Origin: a bacterium
GTDB taxonomy: Bacteria; UBA8248
Direction: 5' to 3'
DNA length: 64,000 nucleotides
Assembly: GCA_965213625.1 (NCBI GenBank)
Contig: CBDBZU010000004.1
Span: forward strand, 2,407,356-2,471,355
A program made the position numbers and the translations under genes. The first letter of the stretch is position 1; every line of letters starts with the position of its first letter. Shown piece by piece: positions 25,421 to 36,123 of this stretch. The notes under the pieces are model-generated. The model worked only from the letters and a program-made list of their open reading frames with translations. It searched no databases and had not been told where the DNA came from.

Positions 25421-26029
25421 CTATTCCTCCACCCATTTGGCGGAGAAAGGCACATCCCCGCCCAGGGTGATGCCTGCATCCGAATCCGCCCAGTCGGCGT
25501 AGAAAAGAAGCGCTGCTTCGTAGCTGTTCGAGCGCGTATTGCTCGTGCGCGTGTGGGTGATGACCAGATGCGCCAGTTCCAGGGCCTTTGGCAGGCCCTT
25601 GGCCCAGACTTTATGCACCCCGTAGACGCCGTGTTGGATTTTCTCGCCGAATTCGGTGATTTTCCCGGGCGGTACGCTCGTGCCCGTGGGAGGGCCGCCG
25701 GGGTTGGGCGCGGATTCCAAAGGTTTCGAGATGTCGTGCAGGATGCACGAGGCGATGAGCAGGTCGCGGTCGACCTTAATTCCGTGGAGTCTTTCGGCGA
25801 TATCGGCCAGAGCGAGCGCCATCTGGGTTACGCCCTGAACGTGGCCGATGAGCGTCATGTGTTTTTCTTCTTTCAGGTTTTTGGGAATATCCTCAAAACG
25901 CTCCCAGGCGGTTTCCCGGGCCAGGTCCAGCCAGATGTCGATTACCCCATCACGCAACTTGGGGTCTTCGATTTGCTCCACCTCGGGGAAGAGAGCTCGA
26001 ATCTCATCCGCGTTCGTCTGGATCGCCAT
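25421..26029 (-). CDS. HD-domain phosphohydrolase
   Basis: 'LIGHVQGV' and 'ASCILHDISKP' form the H...HD motif. The ATG at 26029 has GGAGAG upstream. Confidence 0.7.
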   Translation of the reverse strand: MAIQTNADEIRALFPEVEQIEDPKLRDGVIDIWLDLARETAWERFEDIPKNLKEEKHMTLIGHVQGVTQMALALADIAERLHGIKVDRDLLIASCILHDISKPLESAPNPGGPPTGTSVPPGKITEFGEKIQHGVYGVHKVWAKGLPKALELAHLVITHTRTSNTRSNSYEAALLFYADWADSDAGITLGGDVPFSAKWVEE

Positions 26030-26052
26030 TTCTTCTCTCCGCGCTGTCTTTC

Positions 26053-26367
26053 CTATGCGTCCGGGACTTCGAGGCCGACCAGGGGTCCGAACTGCTGGCC
26101 GCCGTAACAATCACCGTCTTCCAGGTCGCAGGAGAACACGGGACGGGGGATGGATATCTTAATCGCGCGCGCGGCGTCGTGCTGCACGAGCAGCACTTTC
26201 TCCTCCGCCAGATTGTAGAGGCGGCAGAACACCTCTTTCGAGAGGACTCCTGAATTCACCACTTGCCGGTAAGTTTCTTCTTCATCGAACATGACGTCGA
26301 ATGTGAGGTTGAACGGCCCTGCGTTTTTCGAGCGGATGAGTTTTGCGAGTTCCCCGAGCGTGGCCAT
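26053..26367 (-). CDS. DUF4387 domain protein (AtuA partner)
   Basis: 'LIRSKNAGPFNLTFDVMF' is the typical DUF4387 block. The start overlaps the AtuA stop (ATGA). Confidence 0.7.
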   Translation of the reverse strand: MATLGELAKLIRSKNAGPFNLTFDVMFDEEETYRQVVNSGVLSKEVFCRLYNLAEEKVLLVQHDAARAIKISIPRPVFSCDLEDGDCYGGQQFGPLVGLEVPDA

Positions 26368-27848
26368 CAGTTCGCCACCTCCATCATCTCGCTTTGGAAC
26401 ATCTCGTAGGGGTCGTCCGGGTAGACGATGTGATTCAGGTTGAAGCGGTAGACGGGGCCCTTTTCGATTTCCGCCGGCGTGAAGGGAAATGCCAGCGTCG
26501 AAATAAGACCGCCCCATTCGGGAATGGGGTAGTGGAGCGCGAAATGGGCCAGAGTGGCCGCCATGGTGTTGGCGGATACCTGGTCCTCCGCCGTCACCTC
26601 GAAGAGAACGCCCACCTCGTGGGGAATTCGTCCAGCCTCGGGTTCGAGCGTTCCCATCACGGCGTCGCGTCCGAATACACGGATGTGGAGTTGATAGGCG
26701 GGCGGCGTTTCGTGGTCAGGGAAAATTTCCTGAACGCGCGTCTCAAAGCCCTCCCGGATGCCGTCGAGCCAGGAGTCGAGTTGCTTGAGGATCATGGGGT
26801 CGCGCACCCCGCCGATGATCACCGACTGGTAGCCGACGAGTTCTGCCCCTTCGAGCTTTATGGAATACCGCTCAGCCGTATGAAACTCAGACCCTCCCAC
26901 GCGAACGGCACGTTCACTCTCCGCCGAGTAGGCCGAGTGGGTCGTGTCCAGGACTCCCGCGGGTTCGGTGATGCGGTAAGGGTCTGTGTTCTCATACAGG
27001 GTGTGCGAAGCCACGCTCTGCGGGGTGCAGTACATCTGGGGGTTGAGTGGTTCGACCACAAAATGATCGTCGCGAATCCAGGCGAAACACCCATCCGGTC
27101 GCGCACGGTGCACGGCGCAAGCCGCGCCGCATTCGAGAATCTTGGCCGCATGCCAGGAAAGTCCCCGGTCCGCACCCATTCGGACAGGATGGCAGGCGAA
27201 GACCGAGGTGTCGGAAGCCCTGCCGGTCAGCACGACATCCGCTCCCTCATCGAGCGCACGGGCGATGGGTTCATCGCCCATCATACCGACGATGTGCGCG
27301 CTCTTTTCGATTATCTCCTCATCGAGCGGAGGGGCCGGATCGAGCGCCTGTATGCGACCTTCCCTGTATCTTTTCTTGAGGTACGCCTTGTCCTGTTCAC
27401 CGTGGACCAGAGCGAGGTTGAAGCTCATTCCCTCTTCATTGGCGATTTCGAGACAAATATCGCGCGCCCACTCGAGGCCCGCATCACCGCCCCCCGTGCC
27501 GCATGAACCCACGATCATGGGGACGCCCAGGCGTTCGCGCCCTTGGAGCATGAGCTTTAAGTCTCGCTTGGTCGCCGAGCGGGAGAAGTTCGGTTTTCCC
27601 GCGCCGAGAAAGGCCGGTCCGTTGTCCGTCGAACCCCCGTCGCAGGCGATGACGTGGGGCTTCATGGACAATCCGCGCTCGAAGGAGCTTTGGGGAAAAC
27701 CGGAGCCGATTACGCCGCAAGGGGATAGTACACGCGCTTCCAAGATTGATTTCACTCCATACAGGTGAGACACATGCGCATCCTGCGCATGAAGCACGCC
27801 CCGAGGTTGCTTCGATGCTGGATGCTGCCAAGTCATTATAGCGAGCAA
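26367..27848 (-). CDS. AtuA-family (DUF1446) acyclic-terpene-utilisation-like protein
   Basis: 'IACDGGSTDNGPAFLG' and 'GSCGTGGGDAGLEWA' resemble the AtuA family. The true start is uncertain (27848 or downstream). Confidence 0.7.
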   Translation of the reverse strand: MLAIMTWQHPASKQPRGVLHAQDAHVSHLYGVKSILEARVLSPCGVIGSGFPQSSFERGLSMKPHVIACDGGSTDNGPAFLGAGKPNFSRSATKRDLKLMLQGRERLGVPMIVGSCGTGGGDAGLEWARDICLEIANEEGMSFNLALVHGEQDKAYLKKRYREGRIQALDPAPPLDEEIIEKSAHIVGMMGDEPIARALDEGADVVLTGRASDTSVFACHPVRMGADRGLSWHAAKILECGAACAVHRARPDGCFAWIRDDHFVVEPLNPQMYCTPQSVASHTLYENTDPYRITEPAGVLDTTHSAYSAESERAVRVGGSEFHTAERYSIKLEGAELVGYQSVIIGGVRDPMILKQLDSWLDGIREGFETRVQEIFPDHETPPAYQLHIRVFGRDAVMGTLEPEAGRIPHEVGVLFEVTAEDQVSANTMAATLAHFALHYPIPEWGGLISTLAFPFTPAEIEKGPVYRFNLNHIVYPDDPYEMFQSEMMEVAN

Positions 27849-27906
27849 GCATCCTACACCGGTTTTCTCGTGAGAGAAAGACAGAAGACGAATCAGGCGC
27901 GCGGCG

Positions 27907-28608
27907 CTATTCCCCGTTTAATTTTCGGCGAACCGCAAGGAGCGCGGCCAGGTTGCTCGTCATCACAGGGAGGTCGGGGTAGCGGGCATGAATCTCAGGT
28001 AAAGCGTCCACGGCGGGCAGGTTCGTGCAGGAGACGAAAAGACAATCCGCTTTTTTCAGGTTTTGGGTGGAGAGTTTCTCGTCAGCGAATTTGAGGAGCT
28101 TATCCGCCCGCGTGTTTCCGATCTCGATGTTGTCCGTTATCCCCATGCCGTCTATCGAGAGTACCTCCATGCCGTCTTCTTCGAGCGACGCGCGTATGGG
28201 CCTGTTTAACTCATCGACGTAAGGTGTAAGCACCACGAGTTTCTTCGCGTTCATATCGGCGAATTCACACGCGAGCGCCGAGAGTATGGTGGCCGTCTCG
28301 GCGCCGGTTTCTTCCTCGATTTGTGCTTTTATCTTCTGGTCATGCGCCTGTCCGAAGAGCGCGCCGCCCGACGTGCATCCAAATACGCAAAAATGCGGCT
28401 CCACCGTCTTGAGCATCCGGTTCGCCTCGGGCAGGGATTCCTCGAGCATTCGGATTTCGGCCTGTTTCGTCGTCTCGTCCAAAAACATGCGGGAGGTGGC
28501 GGTGAAGACTCCCTCCGGCAGATTCCTGTGAAAATCTCGCTCCATCGTTGCGTTCGAGGAGGGAACAAGAAGGCCGACCCGGAACTGGGCTCCATTTATC
28601 GCGTTCAT
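27907..28608 (-). CDS. Asp/Glu/hydantoin racemase-superfamily protein (maleate isomerase / arylmalonate decarboxylase-like)
   Basis: 'VGLLVPSSNATMERDF', 'FGCTSGG' and 'VSCTNLP' provide the paired catalytic Cys motifs. The internal ATG 28608 has GGAG upstream. The upstream part of the track ORF is junk. Confidence 0.75.
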   Translation of the reverse strand: MNAINGAQFRVGLLVPSSNATMERDFHRNLPEGVFTATSRMFLDETTKQAEIRMLEESLPEANRMLKTVEPHFCVFGCTSGGALFGQAHDQKIKAQIEEETGAETATILSALACEFADMNAKKLVVLTPYVDELNRPIRASLEEDGMEVLSIDGMGITDNIEIGNTRADKLLKFADEKLSTQNLKKADCLFVSCTNLPAVDALPEIHARYPDLPVMTSNLAALLAVRRKLNGE

Positions 28609-28824
28609 CACGAACTCCAGGGCAGGTGATGGAATCAGGAATTGTAGAGCAATTCGATGGGTGAGCAAACCGGGATTAGCTGGGACATTGCGTTCGCGGT
28701 GCGGAATTGTTTCGAGGGGATACCTGTGCCTCGCCTCGAAACAAAAGGTGTTGTAAAACTTGTGGTGCTGCGCCTTTTTCGTAATTTGCAATGGTATCAC
28801 TTTCATATATCGGAAGGGATTTTC

Positions 28825-29976
28825 GTGGATTTTGGGCTCGAAGAATCGGATCGCCTGCTCCAGCAGACGGCGCGAGAACTGGCGATAAGAGAATTCGCAG
28901 GAGATGCCTTCTCCTATGCGCGAACGGGCGAGTACCCCCGGCGCTCCATGAAGATGTTGGCCGAGCACGGCATGATGGGGATGACGGTGGCCGAACCGCA
29001 CGGTGGGGGCCAATCGATTTTCGAAGCCTGCCTGGTGATGGAGGCGGTCTCGCAGGTGTGTCCCCACAGCGGCGACGTGGTGCAGATGGGGAACATGGGG
29101 CCCATCCGCGTGATAGACGAGTTGGGCACAGCCGAGCAGAAGGAGCGCTTTCTGCCTCCGATATGCCGGGGGGAGAGAGTAATCTCCATCAGCATGACGG
29201 AGCCCGACGCCGGTTCGGCCGCTACGGAATTACAGACCACGGCGGAATATGACGGCGAGAGCGTTCTCGTGAATGGCCAAAAGTGCTTCAGTTCCAACGC
29301 CCCGCACGCGGACTTGTTCGTCGTATACGTGCGCTTTGGCCCCAGGACGCGTGATTGCGGGGCTGTCGTGGTGGAGACGGGAACGCCAGGCTTCACGAAG
29401 GGAAAGACCGAACACTACATGAGCGGGGAGGCGCACTGCGCGCTTCATTTCGAGAACGCCCGTATCCCCAGGCAGAACGTGCTGGTCGATGAGGAGGGTT
29501 TCCGGGTGCTCATGCCCGTGTTCAACGTTGAGCGGCTCGGAAACGCCACGCGCTGCCTTGCCCTGGCGCAGGCGGCATACGATATGACGGTCGCCCACAC
29601 CAGCGAGAGACGCCAGTTCGATCGCCCCTTGTGCGAGTTCCAGGGAGTGCAGTGGATGGTGGCGGATATGCGGGTGAAGCTCGAAGCGGCGCGCCTGCTC
29701 CTCTATCGCGCGCTATCGAACGCGCGCGCGGGCCTGCCATCGGCGGTGGAGACGACGAGCGCCAAGCTCTACTGCAACGAGATGGCGCGCCAGGTGGCGG
29801 ACGACGCGATCCAGCTTCACGGCGGCTATGGCTTTTCGACCGAGATGCCGCTCGAGTTCCTCTACCGCAAGATCCGCGGGTGGTCCATCGCGGGTGGCTC
29901 CACCGAGATGTTGAGAAACCGCCTGGCTTCCCTGATCTACGAGCGCCCCTTCAGCCAGCGTCCGCCCAGGGCGTAA
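28825..29976 (+). CDS. acyl-CoA dehydrogenase
   Basis: The GTG start at 28825 (VDFGLEESDRLL) has GGAAGGG upstream. 'ISMTEPDAGSA' and the C-terminal 'GGSTEMLRN' are ACAD motifs. Confidence 0.85.
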   Translation: MDFGLEESDRLLQQTARELAIREFAGDAFSYARTGEYPRRSMKMLAEHGMMGMTVAEPHGGGQSIFEACLVMEAVSQVCPHSGDVVQMGNMGPIRVIDELGTAEQKERFLPPICRGERVISISMTEPDAGSAATELQTTAEYDGESVLVNGQKCFSSNAPHADLFVVYVRFGPRTRDCGAVVVETGTPGFTKGKTEHYMSGEAHCALHFENARIPRQNVLVDEEGFRVLMPVFNVERLGNATRCLALAQAAYDMTVAHTSERRQFDRPLCEFQGVQWMVADMRVKLEAARLLLYRALSNARAGLPSAVETTSAKLYCNEMARQVADDAIQLHGGYGFSTEMPLEFLYRKIRGWSIAGGSTEMLRNRLASLIYERPFSQRPPRA

Positions 29977-30013
29977 CTTAATCCGCGATGAATTTTAGGG
30001 GATTCTCCTGATC

Positions 30014-32125
30014 ATGGAGCGCAGTACGAAAGAGAGCCTCGCGCGCTTGCTCTCGCCCAAATCTGTCGCCATCATCGGAGCGTCGGCAAACCTGGAGCAA
30101 TTCAACGGCCGCGTGGTGAAGAATCTGCTGCGTCACGGTTATGGTGGCAGGGTCTATCCCGTTAATCCCAATTACGAAGAAGTGGCCGGAGTGCGCTGTT
30201 GGCCCCGGCTCGATGCGCTTCCCGAAGCGCCGGATGTCGCCTTTATCACAGTGGGAATAGAGCGAGTCCCGGACGTGCTGAGTCAATGCGCCGAGGCGGA
30301 AGTAGGCGCGGCCATCATTTATACCGGCGGTTTTTCCGAGGCGGATGAAGCGGGCGCAAGCCTGGAAGCTGAAATTCAGCGCATCGCCCAGGATGGAGGA
30401 GTCCGCATCTGCGGGCCGAACACGGCGGGCGTGCACAACTTTCACCATAAATTTCACTTGGCGGGCCTGATAGCACTCGACGTGGAGGAGATGCTGCCCG
30501 GCAGCATCGGGGTGGTCTGCCAGAGCGGGAGCATCGGCGGCGCAATGCTCTCGCGCGCGACGCAGCGCGGCATCGGTTTCAGCCACCTCATCTCCTGCGG
30601 CAACGAGATGGACTTGGAGCTTTCGGATTATCTCGATTTTCTCATCGACGACCCCCAAACCCGTGCTATCGCGGTATATCTCGAAGGAGTTCGCGACGGC
30701 GAGAGATTCAAAAGAGTTTTGGAAAAGGCGCTGCGAGAAGAAAAACCCCTGGTCGTCCTGAAGGTGGGCGAAGCGCGCGAGGGAGAGCGCGCGGCCTTGA
30801 GCCATACAGGGGCCATGGTGGGTGAAGACAGGGTGTACGAGGCGCTGTTCCGAAAGTGGGGCGTTACGCGGGTAGATGACCTCGAAGCGCTTTTCGAAGT
30901 TGCCCACATGTTCTGTGTTTCCCCGATACCCGATGGAAACAGAATAGGGGTCGTAACGACGACGGGCGGGGCAGGCGCTTTAATGGCCGATAAATGCGGC
31001 GCCCTCGGCCTCGAAATCGCAGAGGTGGATGACGTCCTCAGTACCCGGATGAAGGAAAAACACCCCGCCTTCGGGCGGATAGAGAATCCGCTCGACACCA
31101 CCATCGCAGACATTCACCTGTATTCGGATTTTCTCAAAACATTTCTCAAGAGCGGCTGCTTCGACGCGGTGATTCCCATCGTGGGTTCAAGCGCGCAGTT
31201 CAAACCCGAGATGGGAGTAGAGCCCATTGTGCGGTTGAAGCGGACGAGTCCTGACGTTCCGATGCTGGCCTACTTCAACCCCCATGCCGAGGATGCGCAC
31301 AGGCTGTTGGCGAGGGAGGGAATCGCTTCTTTTCAGTCGATATCAGGCTGCGCCCGCGCGGCGGCGGCCTTGGTTCGGTATGCAAAAGTATTGAAAAGAG
31401 AGGAGAAAAGCGCATCGCGACCCGTATATGAAGCGCCGTCTTCTTTGGTAGCCGAAGCACTGTCCGCTGCCGGGCCGCTGAACGAGGCGCAATCTCTGGC
31501 GCTCACCCGTGAATTCGGTTTGCCCGTGGTGGCGCATCGTTTCTGCCGCTCGGAAGAAGAAGTGCGCCTGGCGGCGCGTGATTTGCGTTTTCCGCTCGTT
31601 TTAAAGGGCGTGTCCTCGAAAATTCACCACAAAATGGAGTGGAGGCTGGTGAAAACGGGCCTCGGCGATGAGGCTGCGCTCGAAGCCGCGCTCGCGGATA
31701 TCACGAGCCTTTGGGAGAAGTGCGCTTTGGAAGGTTATCTGCTTCAGGAGCAAGTCGAGGATGGCGTCGAATTCATGCTCGGCGTGAAGCGAGACTCTCA
31801 GTTCGGCCCGGTCGTGACGGTTGGACTCGGAGGGGTGAATGTGGAATTGCTCGATGACGTAAGCGCGTGCATTGCGCCGTTTACACTCGATGACGCATAC
31901 GAGATGATGGATGAACTAAAGTGCAGGAAAATTTTCGAGAGCCACAGGGGACGCGGGCCGTTGGATGTGGAAGCCTTTTCCGAGATCATTTTACGGTTGG
32001 GGGATGCCGCTTTCGCACACCGTGAAAAAATTGAAGAAATGGATTTGAATCCCGTATTTTTGCGTGAGAAGGGTGGAGGATGCCTGGTGGCGGATGCGCT
32101 CATCATCACGGGAAACTCTGCATAA
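30014..32125 (+). CDS. ADP-forming acyl-CoA synthetase (fused CoA-binding/ligase-CoA/ATP-grasp)
   Basis: 'PKSVAIIGAS...GRVYPVNP' is the CoA-binding motif, followed by a succinyl-CoA-synthetase-like flavodoxin domain and a C-terminal ATP-grasp. Confidence 0.8.
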   Translation: MERSTKESLARLLSPKSVAIIGASANLEQFNGRVVKNLLRHGYGGRVYPVNPNYEEVAGVRCWPRLDALPEAPDVAFITVGIERVPDVLSQCAEAEVGAAIIYTGGFSEADEAGASLEAEIQRIAQDGGVRICGPNTAGVHNFHHKFHLAGLIALDVEEMLPGSIGVVCQSGSIGGAMLSRATQRGIGFSHLISCGNEMDLELSDYLDFLIDDPQTRAIAVYLEGVRDGERFKRVLEKALREEKPLVVLKVGEAREGERAALSHTGAMVGEDRVYEALFRKWGVTRVDDLEALFEVAHMFCVSPIPDGNRIGVVTTTGGAGALMADKCGALGLEIAEVDDVLSTRMKEKHPAFGRIENPLDTTIADIHLYSDFLKTFLKSGCFDAVIPIVGSSAQFKPEMGVEPIVRLKRTSPDVPMLAYFNPHAEDAHRLLAREGIASFQSISGCARAAAALVRYAKVLKREEKSASRPVYEAPSSLVAEALSAAGPLNEAQSLALTREFGLPVVAHRFCRSEEEVRLAARDLRFPLVLKGVSSKIHHKMEWRLVKTGLGDEAALEAALADITSLWEKCALEGYLLQEQVEDGVEFMLGVKRDSQFGPVVTVGLGGVNVELLDDVSACIAPFTLDDAYEMMDELKCRKIFESHRGRGPLDVEAFSEIILRLGDAAFAHREKIEEMDLNPVFLREKGGGCLVADALIITGNSA

Positions 32126-32297
32126 AATTGCGCTTTTCTTCTGTTTGATGCCATGAAAAAGGCGCACCCCATGCGCCGAAAATCGCCGATTGACTTTGCG
32201 GTAAACAACGATTAGTGTTTTCCATACCTTGGATTCGCAAAGAGCCAATAACATTTTTTGATTTTGTTTCTTCCTGGTTGAGCAAGGTTGAGGATAG

Positions 32298-33287
32298 ATG
32301 AGTGCGCTTCTTGAAATCGAAGACTTGAGAACGCATTTTTTCACCTCCTCAGGTGTCGTGAAGGCTGTCAACGGCATCTCCTACGATGTTCAGGAAGGCG
32401 AGACGGTAGCGATCGTCGGAGAGTCGGGCTGCGGGAAGTCCGTCAGCGCGCTTTCCGTTCTCGGCCTCATACCGAATCCGCCCGGCCGCATCGTCGGGGG
32501 TGCGATACGCTTTCTGGGTGACGATCTGATCAAGCTCGAAGACCTGGAAATCAGAAACATCCGGGGCCGCCAGATCGGCATGATCTTCCAGGAGCCCATG
32601 ACGTCCCTGAACCCCGTGTTGACCATAGGGCTGCAGCTCACCGAGACAATGGAACACCACCTCGGCATGGACAGGGCCGACGCGGAGAAAAAAGCGGTCG
32701 AATATCTCCGCCTCGTGGGTATCTCAGAGCCCGAGCGGCGACTCCGGCAATACCCGCACCACCTGAGCGGCGGGATGCGGCAAAGGGTGATGATCGCGAT
32801 GGCACTTTGCTGCGAGCCGAAGCTCATCATCGCGGATGAGCCGACGACGGCGCTCGACGTCACTATCCAGGCCCAGATACTGGAGTTGATGAAAAACCTC
32901 ACCAAGCGAATGGGTGTTGCGCTCATCATCATCACGCACAACCTCGGCGTGGTGGCCCGGTATGCGGACCGCGTGAACGTCATGTACGCGGGAAAGATAA
33001 TCGAGCGCGGCCTGGCGGCGGACATCTACCGCGAACCGAAGCATCCATACACCCTGGGGCTGCTGAGTTCCGTGCCGAGGCTCGATCAACCGAGGCAAAA
33101 GCGACTGGACCCCATCGACGGACAACCGCCTGATCTCACACGCCTGGGCGCGGGTTGTTCTTTTCTGCCCCGGTGCAAATTCGCCGTGGATAAGTGCGCG
33201 AGCGAGATTCCGCCACTAGAGACAATCGGGAACGGCCATCTATCTGCTTGCTGGGAAAAAGAAAACCTGGAAACGGTGAAAGGTTGA
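32298..33287 (+). CDS. Dpp/Opp-type peptide ABC transporter ATP-binding protein (D-type)
   Basis: Walker A 'GESGCGKS', 'LSGGMRQR' and the C-terminal oligopeptide-type Cys motif 'GCSFLPRC...C'. Confidence 0.85.
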   Translation: MSALLEIEDLRTHFFTSSGVVKAVNGISYDVQEGETVAIVGESGCGKSVSALSVLGLIPNPPGRIVGGAIRFLGDDLIKLEDLEIRNIRGRQIGMIFQEPMTSLNPVLTIGLQLTETMEHHLGMDRADAEKKAVEYLRLVGISEPERRLRQYPHHLSGGMRQRVMIAMALCCEPKLIIADEPTTALDVTIQAQILELMKNLTKRMGVALIIITHNLGVVARYADRVNVMYAGKIIERGLAADIYREPKHPYTLGLLSSVPRLDQPRQKRLDPIDGQPPDLTRLGAGCSFLPRCKFAVDKCASEIPPLETIGNGHLSACWEKENLETVKG

Positions 33288-33291
33288 GCGA

Positions 33292-34326
33292 ATGACTCCT
33301 GACGCATCCACCCTCGAACGTGACGCTCAATACTCCCGAAACAGTGAGCTTGGCGACGTGCTCGTGGACGTCAAGGGCCTTAAGATGCACTTCCCGATCA
33401 CCGAGGGCATCATTTTCAATAAGCTGGTCGGGCTCGTGAAGGCGGTGGATGGGGTAGATTTCCACATCAGGCGTGGCGAGACGCTCGGCCTCGTGGGTGA
33501 GAGCGGTTGCGGCAAGACGACGACGGGCAGGTGCATCCTCCAACTCGAACGCCCCACGGAAGGAGAGATATTTTTCGAGGGTGCGGATCTGACGAAACTC
33601 GATCAGGTGGCGCTGCGCGAGTACCGGCAGAAAATCCAGGTCATCTTCCAGGACCCTTACAGTTCGCTGAATCCGCGCATGAAGATCGGCGAGATGATAG
33701 ACGAGCCCATGTACGTCCACGGTATCGAACCAGATGCCCGCAAGAGAAAGCAGAGAATCAGCGAACTTCTCAGCGTCTGCGGACTCAACCCCAAGATGGC
33801 CGACAGATATCCCCACGAGATGAGCGGCGGACAGCGCCAGCGCGTGGGAATCGCCCGCGCCTTGAGCCTCAAGCCCGAATTCATCATTTGCGATGAACCC
33901 GTCTCGGCGCTCGACGTGTCCATTCAGGCGCAAATTATCAATTTGCTCGAAGATTTGAGAGAGGAATATAATCTCACCTATCTTTTCATTGCGCACGATC
34001 TGAGCGTGGTGCGCCACCTTTGCCACCGCGTGGCGGTGATGTATCTGGGCCGGATTGTAGAGTTGGCGGATTGCGATGAGTTGTACGACAATCCCATGCA
34101 CCCTTATACGAGGGCGTTGCTGTCTGCCGTTCCCGTGCCGGACCCGGAAGTAGAGCAGGGACGCGACGTCAGTTTTGTCGCGGGAGAAGTGCCCAGTCCC
34201 ATAAATCCGCCGCCGGGCTGTGTGTTCCATCCCCGGTGTCCCATCGCCGTGGAGAATTGCTCGAAAGAAGTACCCTTGTTGCGTGAATTGAAACCGGGCC
34301 ATTGGGTGGCCTGTACGGAAGTTTAA
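33292..34326 (+). CDS. Dpp/Opp-type peptide ABC transporter ATP-binding protein (F-type)
   Basis: 'GESGCGKTT', 'MSGGQRQR' and 'GCVFHPRCP'. Confidence 0.85.
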   Translation: MTPDASTLERDAQYSRNSELGDVLVDVKGLKMHFPITEGIIFNKLVGLVKAVDGVDFHIRRGETLGLVGESGCGKTTTGRCILQLERPTEGEIFFEGADLTKLDQVALREYRQKIQVIFQDPYSSLNPRMKIGEMIDEPMYVHGIEPDARKRKQRISELLSVCGLNPKMADRYPHEMSGGQRQRVGIARALSLKPEFIICDEPVSALDVSIQAQIINLLEDLREEYNLTYLFIAHDLSVVRHLCHRVAVMYLGRIVELADCDELYDNPMHPYTRALLSAVPVPDPEVEQGRDVSFVAGEVPSPINPPPGCVFHPRCPIAVENCSKEVPLLRELKPGHWVACTEV

Positions 34327-34411
34327 TTTTTCCGCATTTGTTGTTTTACTCGTGACTTGCCTGATTTGTGATGTATCGATTTTACCCTGGGAACATGAAA
34401 GGAGATTCCTT

Positions 34412-36031
34412 ATGAGAAACACTCGAATGAAAACCCTAATGATTGCGGCGGCGGTGCTCGCCCTGGGGCTGTGGAGTTTTGCTCCTGTCGAGGCGGCGCC
34501 CAAGAAGGGCGGCGTTCTCAAGTTCGTCGTCGGCAGCAAGATTCCCTCCTACGACGGTCACATCGAATCCACCTTCGGGATGATTCACCCGTTGCGTCCC
34601 TTTTACAGCCTGTTGATTCGCGTGAATCCGGAAAACCCCGCCTCGCCAACCGATTTCGTCTGCGACGTGTGTGAGGGCGGGATTCCGAAGCCGACCGAAG
34701 GGCACACGAAGTACGCCTTCAAAATCCGCGACGACATCACGTTCCACAACGGCCAGAAGCTCACCTCGGCGGACGTGAAGGCGACGTATGACAAGATTAT
34801 CAGCCCACCCAAGGGCATCGAGAGCAATCGCAAGGCGTTTTTCAGCATGGTGAAATCCGTCTCCGCACCGGACCCGAAAACGCTGGTGTTCAAGCTGAAA
34901 TATCCCACGGGCGCCTTTGTGCCTGCGCTTGCGCTGCCCTACAACTTCATCTACTCGAAGGCCGATCTCGACAAGCATGGCTACAAGTGGCACCAGAAAA
35001 ACGTGAACGGCACGGGCGCATTCCGCTTCGTGCAGCACCAGCCGGGCGCTTTCGTCGAGGGCAAGCGGTATGAGAAATACCACCACAAGGGCAAACCCTA
35101 TCTCGACGGCTACCGGGCGATCTCTGCTCCGAAAATGGCGATTCGTCTCCAGGCCATTCGCGGCGACCGCGCGGCCATTGAATTCCGCGGATTCCCGCCC
35201 AAGGCGCGCGACGACTTGAAGAAGGCGCTGGGTGATAAGCTCACCGTCCAGGAGAGCGACTGGAACTGCAACCTCATGGTGACGCCCAACCACAAACGCA
35301 AGCCCTTCGATGACGCGCGCGTGCGCCGGGCGCTGACGCTGGCGATCGACCGCTGGGGCGGCTCCAAATACCTCTCGCGCATCGCCATCGTGAAGACCGT
35401 GGGCGGCGTGGTTTTCCCGAAACACCCCCTGGCGGCCACGAAAGAGGAGTTGACGAAAATAGCGGGCTACTGGCCGGACATCAACAAATCCCGCGCCGAA
35501 GCCAAGAGGCTGCTCAAGGAAGCCGGCTATCCGAACGGCTTCGAGTTCACACTGCACAACCGGGGCGTGGACCAGCCCTACAAGGTTGTTGGCACCTGGG
35601 TTATCGACCAGTGGCGGAAGATCGGACTTAAGGTCAAGCAGTGGGTGCAGCCTTCCGGGCCGTTCTACGCCACGCTGCGCAAGAAGAAGAACTTCGACGT
35701 ATCCATCGACTTCAATTGCCAGTCGGTCATCAACCCGCTGGTGGACGTCTCGAAATTCATCTCCGACGACAGGGCGGGCAACCAGTACGCGGAGTATCAG
35801 GACCGCCAGCTCGACAAGTGGTTCGACGAGATGAACCGCGAGCCCGACGTGAAGAAGCAGCGCGCCATCATGCGCAAGTATGAAAAGCGCGCGCTCGATG
35901 AGATGGCGCACCAGTTCGTGACGCTATGGTGGTACAAGATCAACCCCCACCGCAGTTACGTGAAAGGGTGGAAGATAGCGCCGAGCCACTATCTGAACCA
36001 GCATCTGGACAACGTCTGGATCGACAAATAG
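34412..36031 (+). CDS. family-5 ABC substrate-binding protein
   Basis: Signal peptide 'MKTLMIAAAVLALGLWSFAPVEA' and an SBP_bac_5-like body. AAAGGAGA precedes the ATG at 34412. Confidence 0.8.
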   Translation: MRNTRMKTLMIAAAVLALGLWSFAPVEAAPKKGGVLKFVVGSKIPSYDGHIESTFGMIHPLRPFYSLLIRVNPENPASPTDFVCDVCEGGIPKPTEGHTKYAFKIRDDITFHNGQKLTSADVKATYDKIISPPKGIESNRKAFFSMVKSVSAPDPKTLVFKLKYPTGAFVPALALPYNFIYSKADLDKHGYKWHQKNVNGTGAFRFVQHQPGAFVEGKRYEKYHHKGKPYLDGYRAISAPKMAIRLQAIRGDRAAIEFRGFPPKARDDLKKALGDKLTVQESDWNCNLMVTPNHKRKPFDDARVRRALTLAIDRWGGSKYLSRIAIVKTVGGVVFPKHPLAATKEELTKIAGYWPDINKSRAEAKRLLKEAGYPNGFEFTLHNRGVDQPYKVVGTWVIDQWRKIGLKVKQWVQPSGPFYATLRKKKNFDVSIDFNCQSVINPLVDVSKFISDDRAGNQYAEYQDRQLDKWFDEMNREPDVKKQRAIMRKYEKRALDEMAHQFVTLWWYKINPHRSYVKGWKIAPSHYLNQHLDNVWIDK

Positions 36032-36123
36032 CTCGTATCGTCCCCCTTCGCCGCCCGGATCGCCGGGTGGCGGGGGAGGGCGGTCTGGAGCCTCGTCTGG
36101 CGTAAAACGCAAGGGCGCACGAA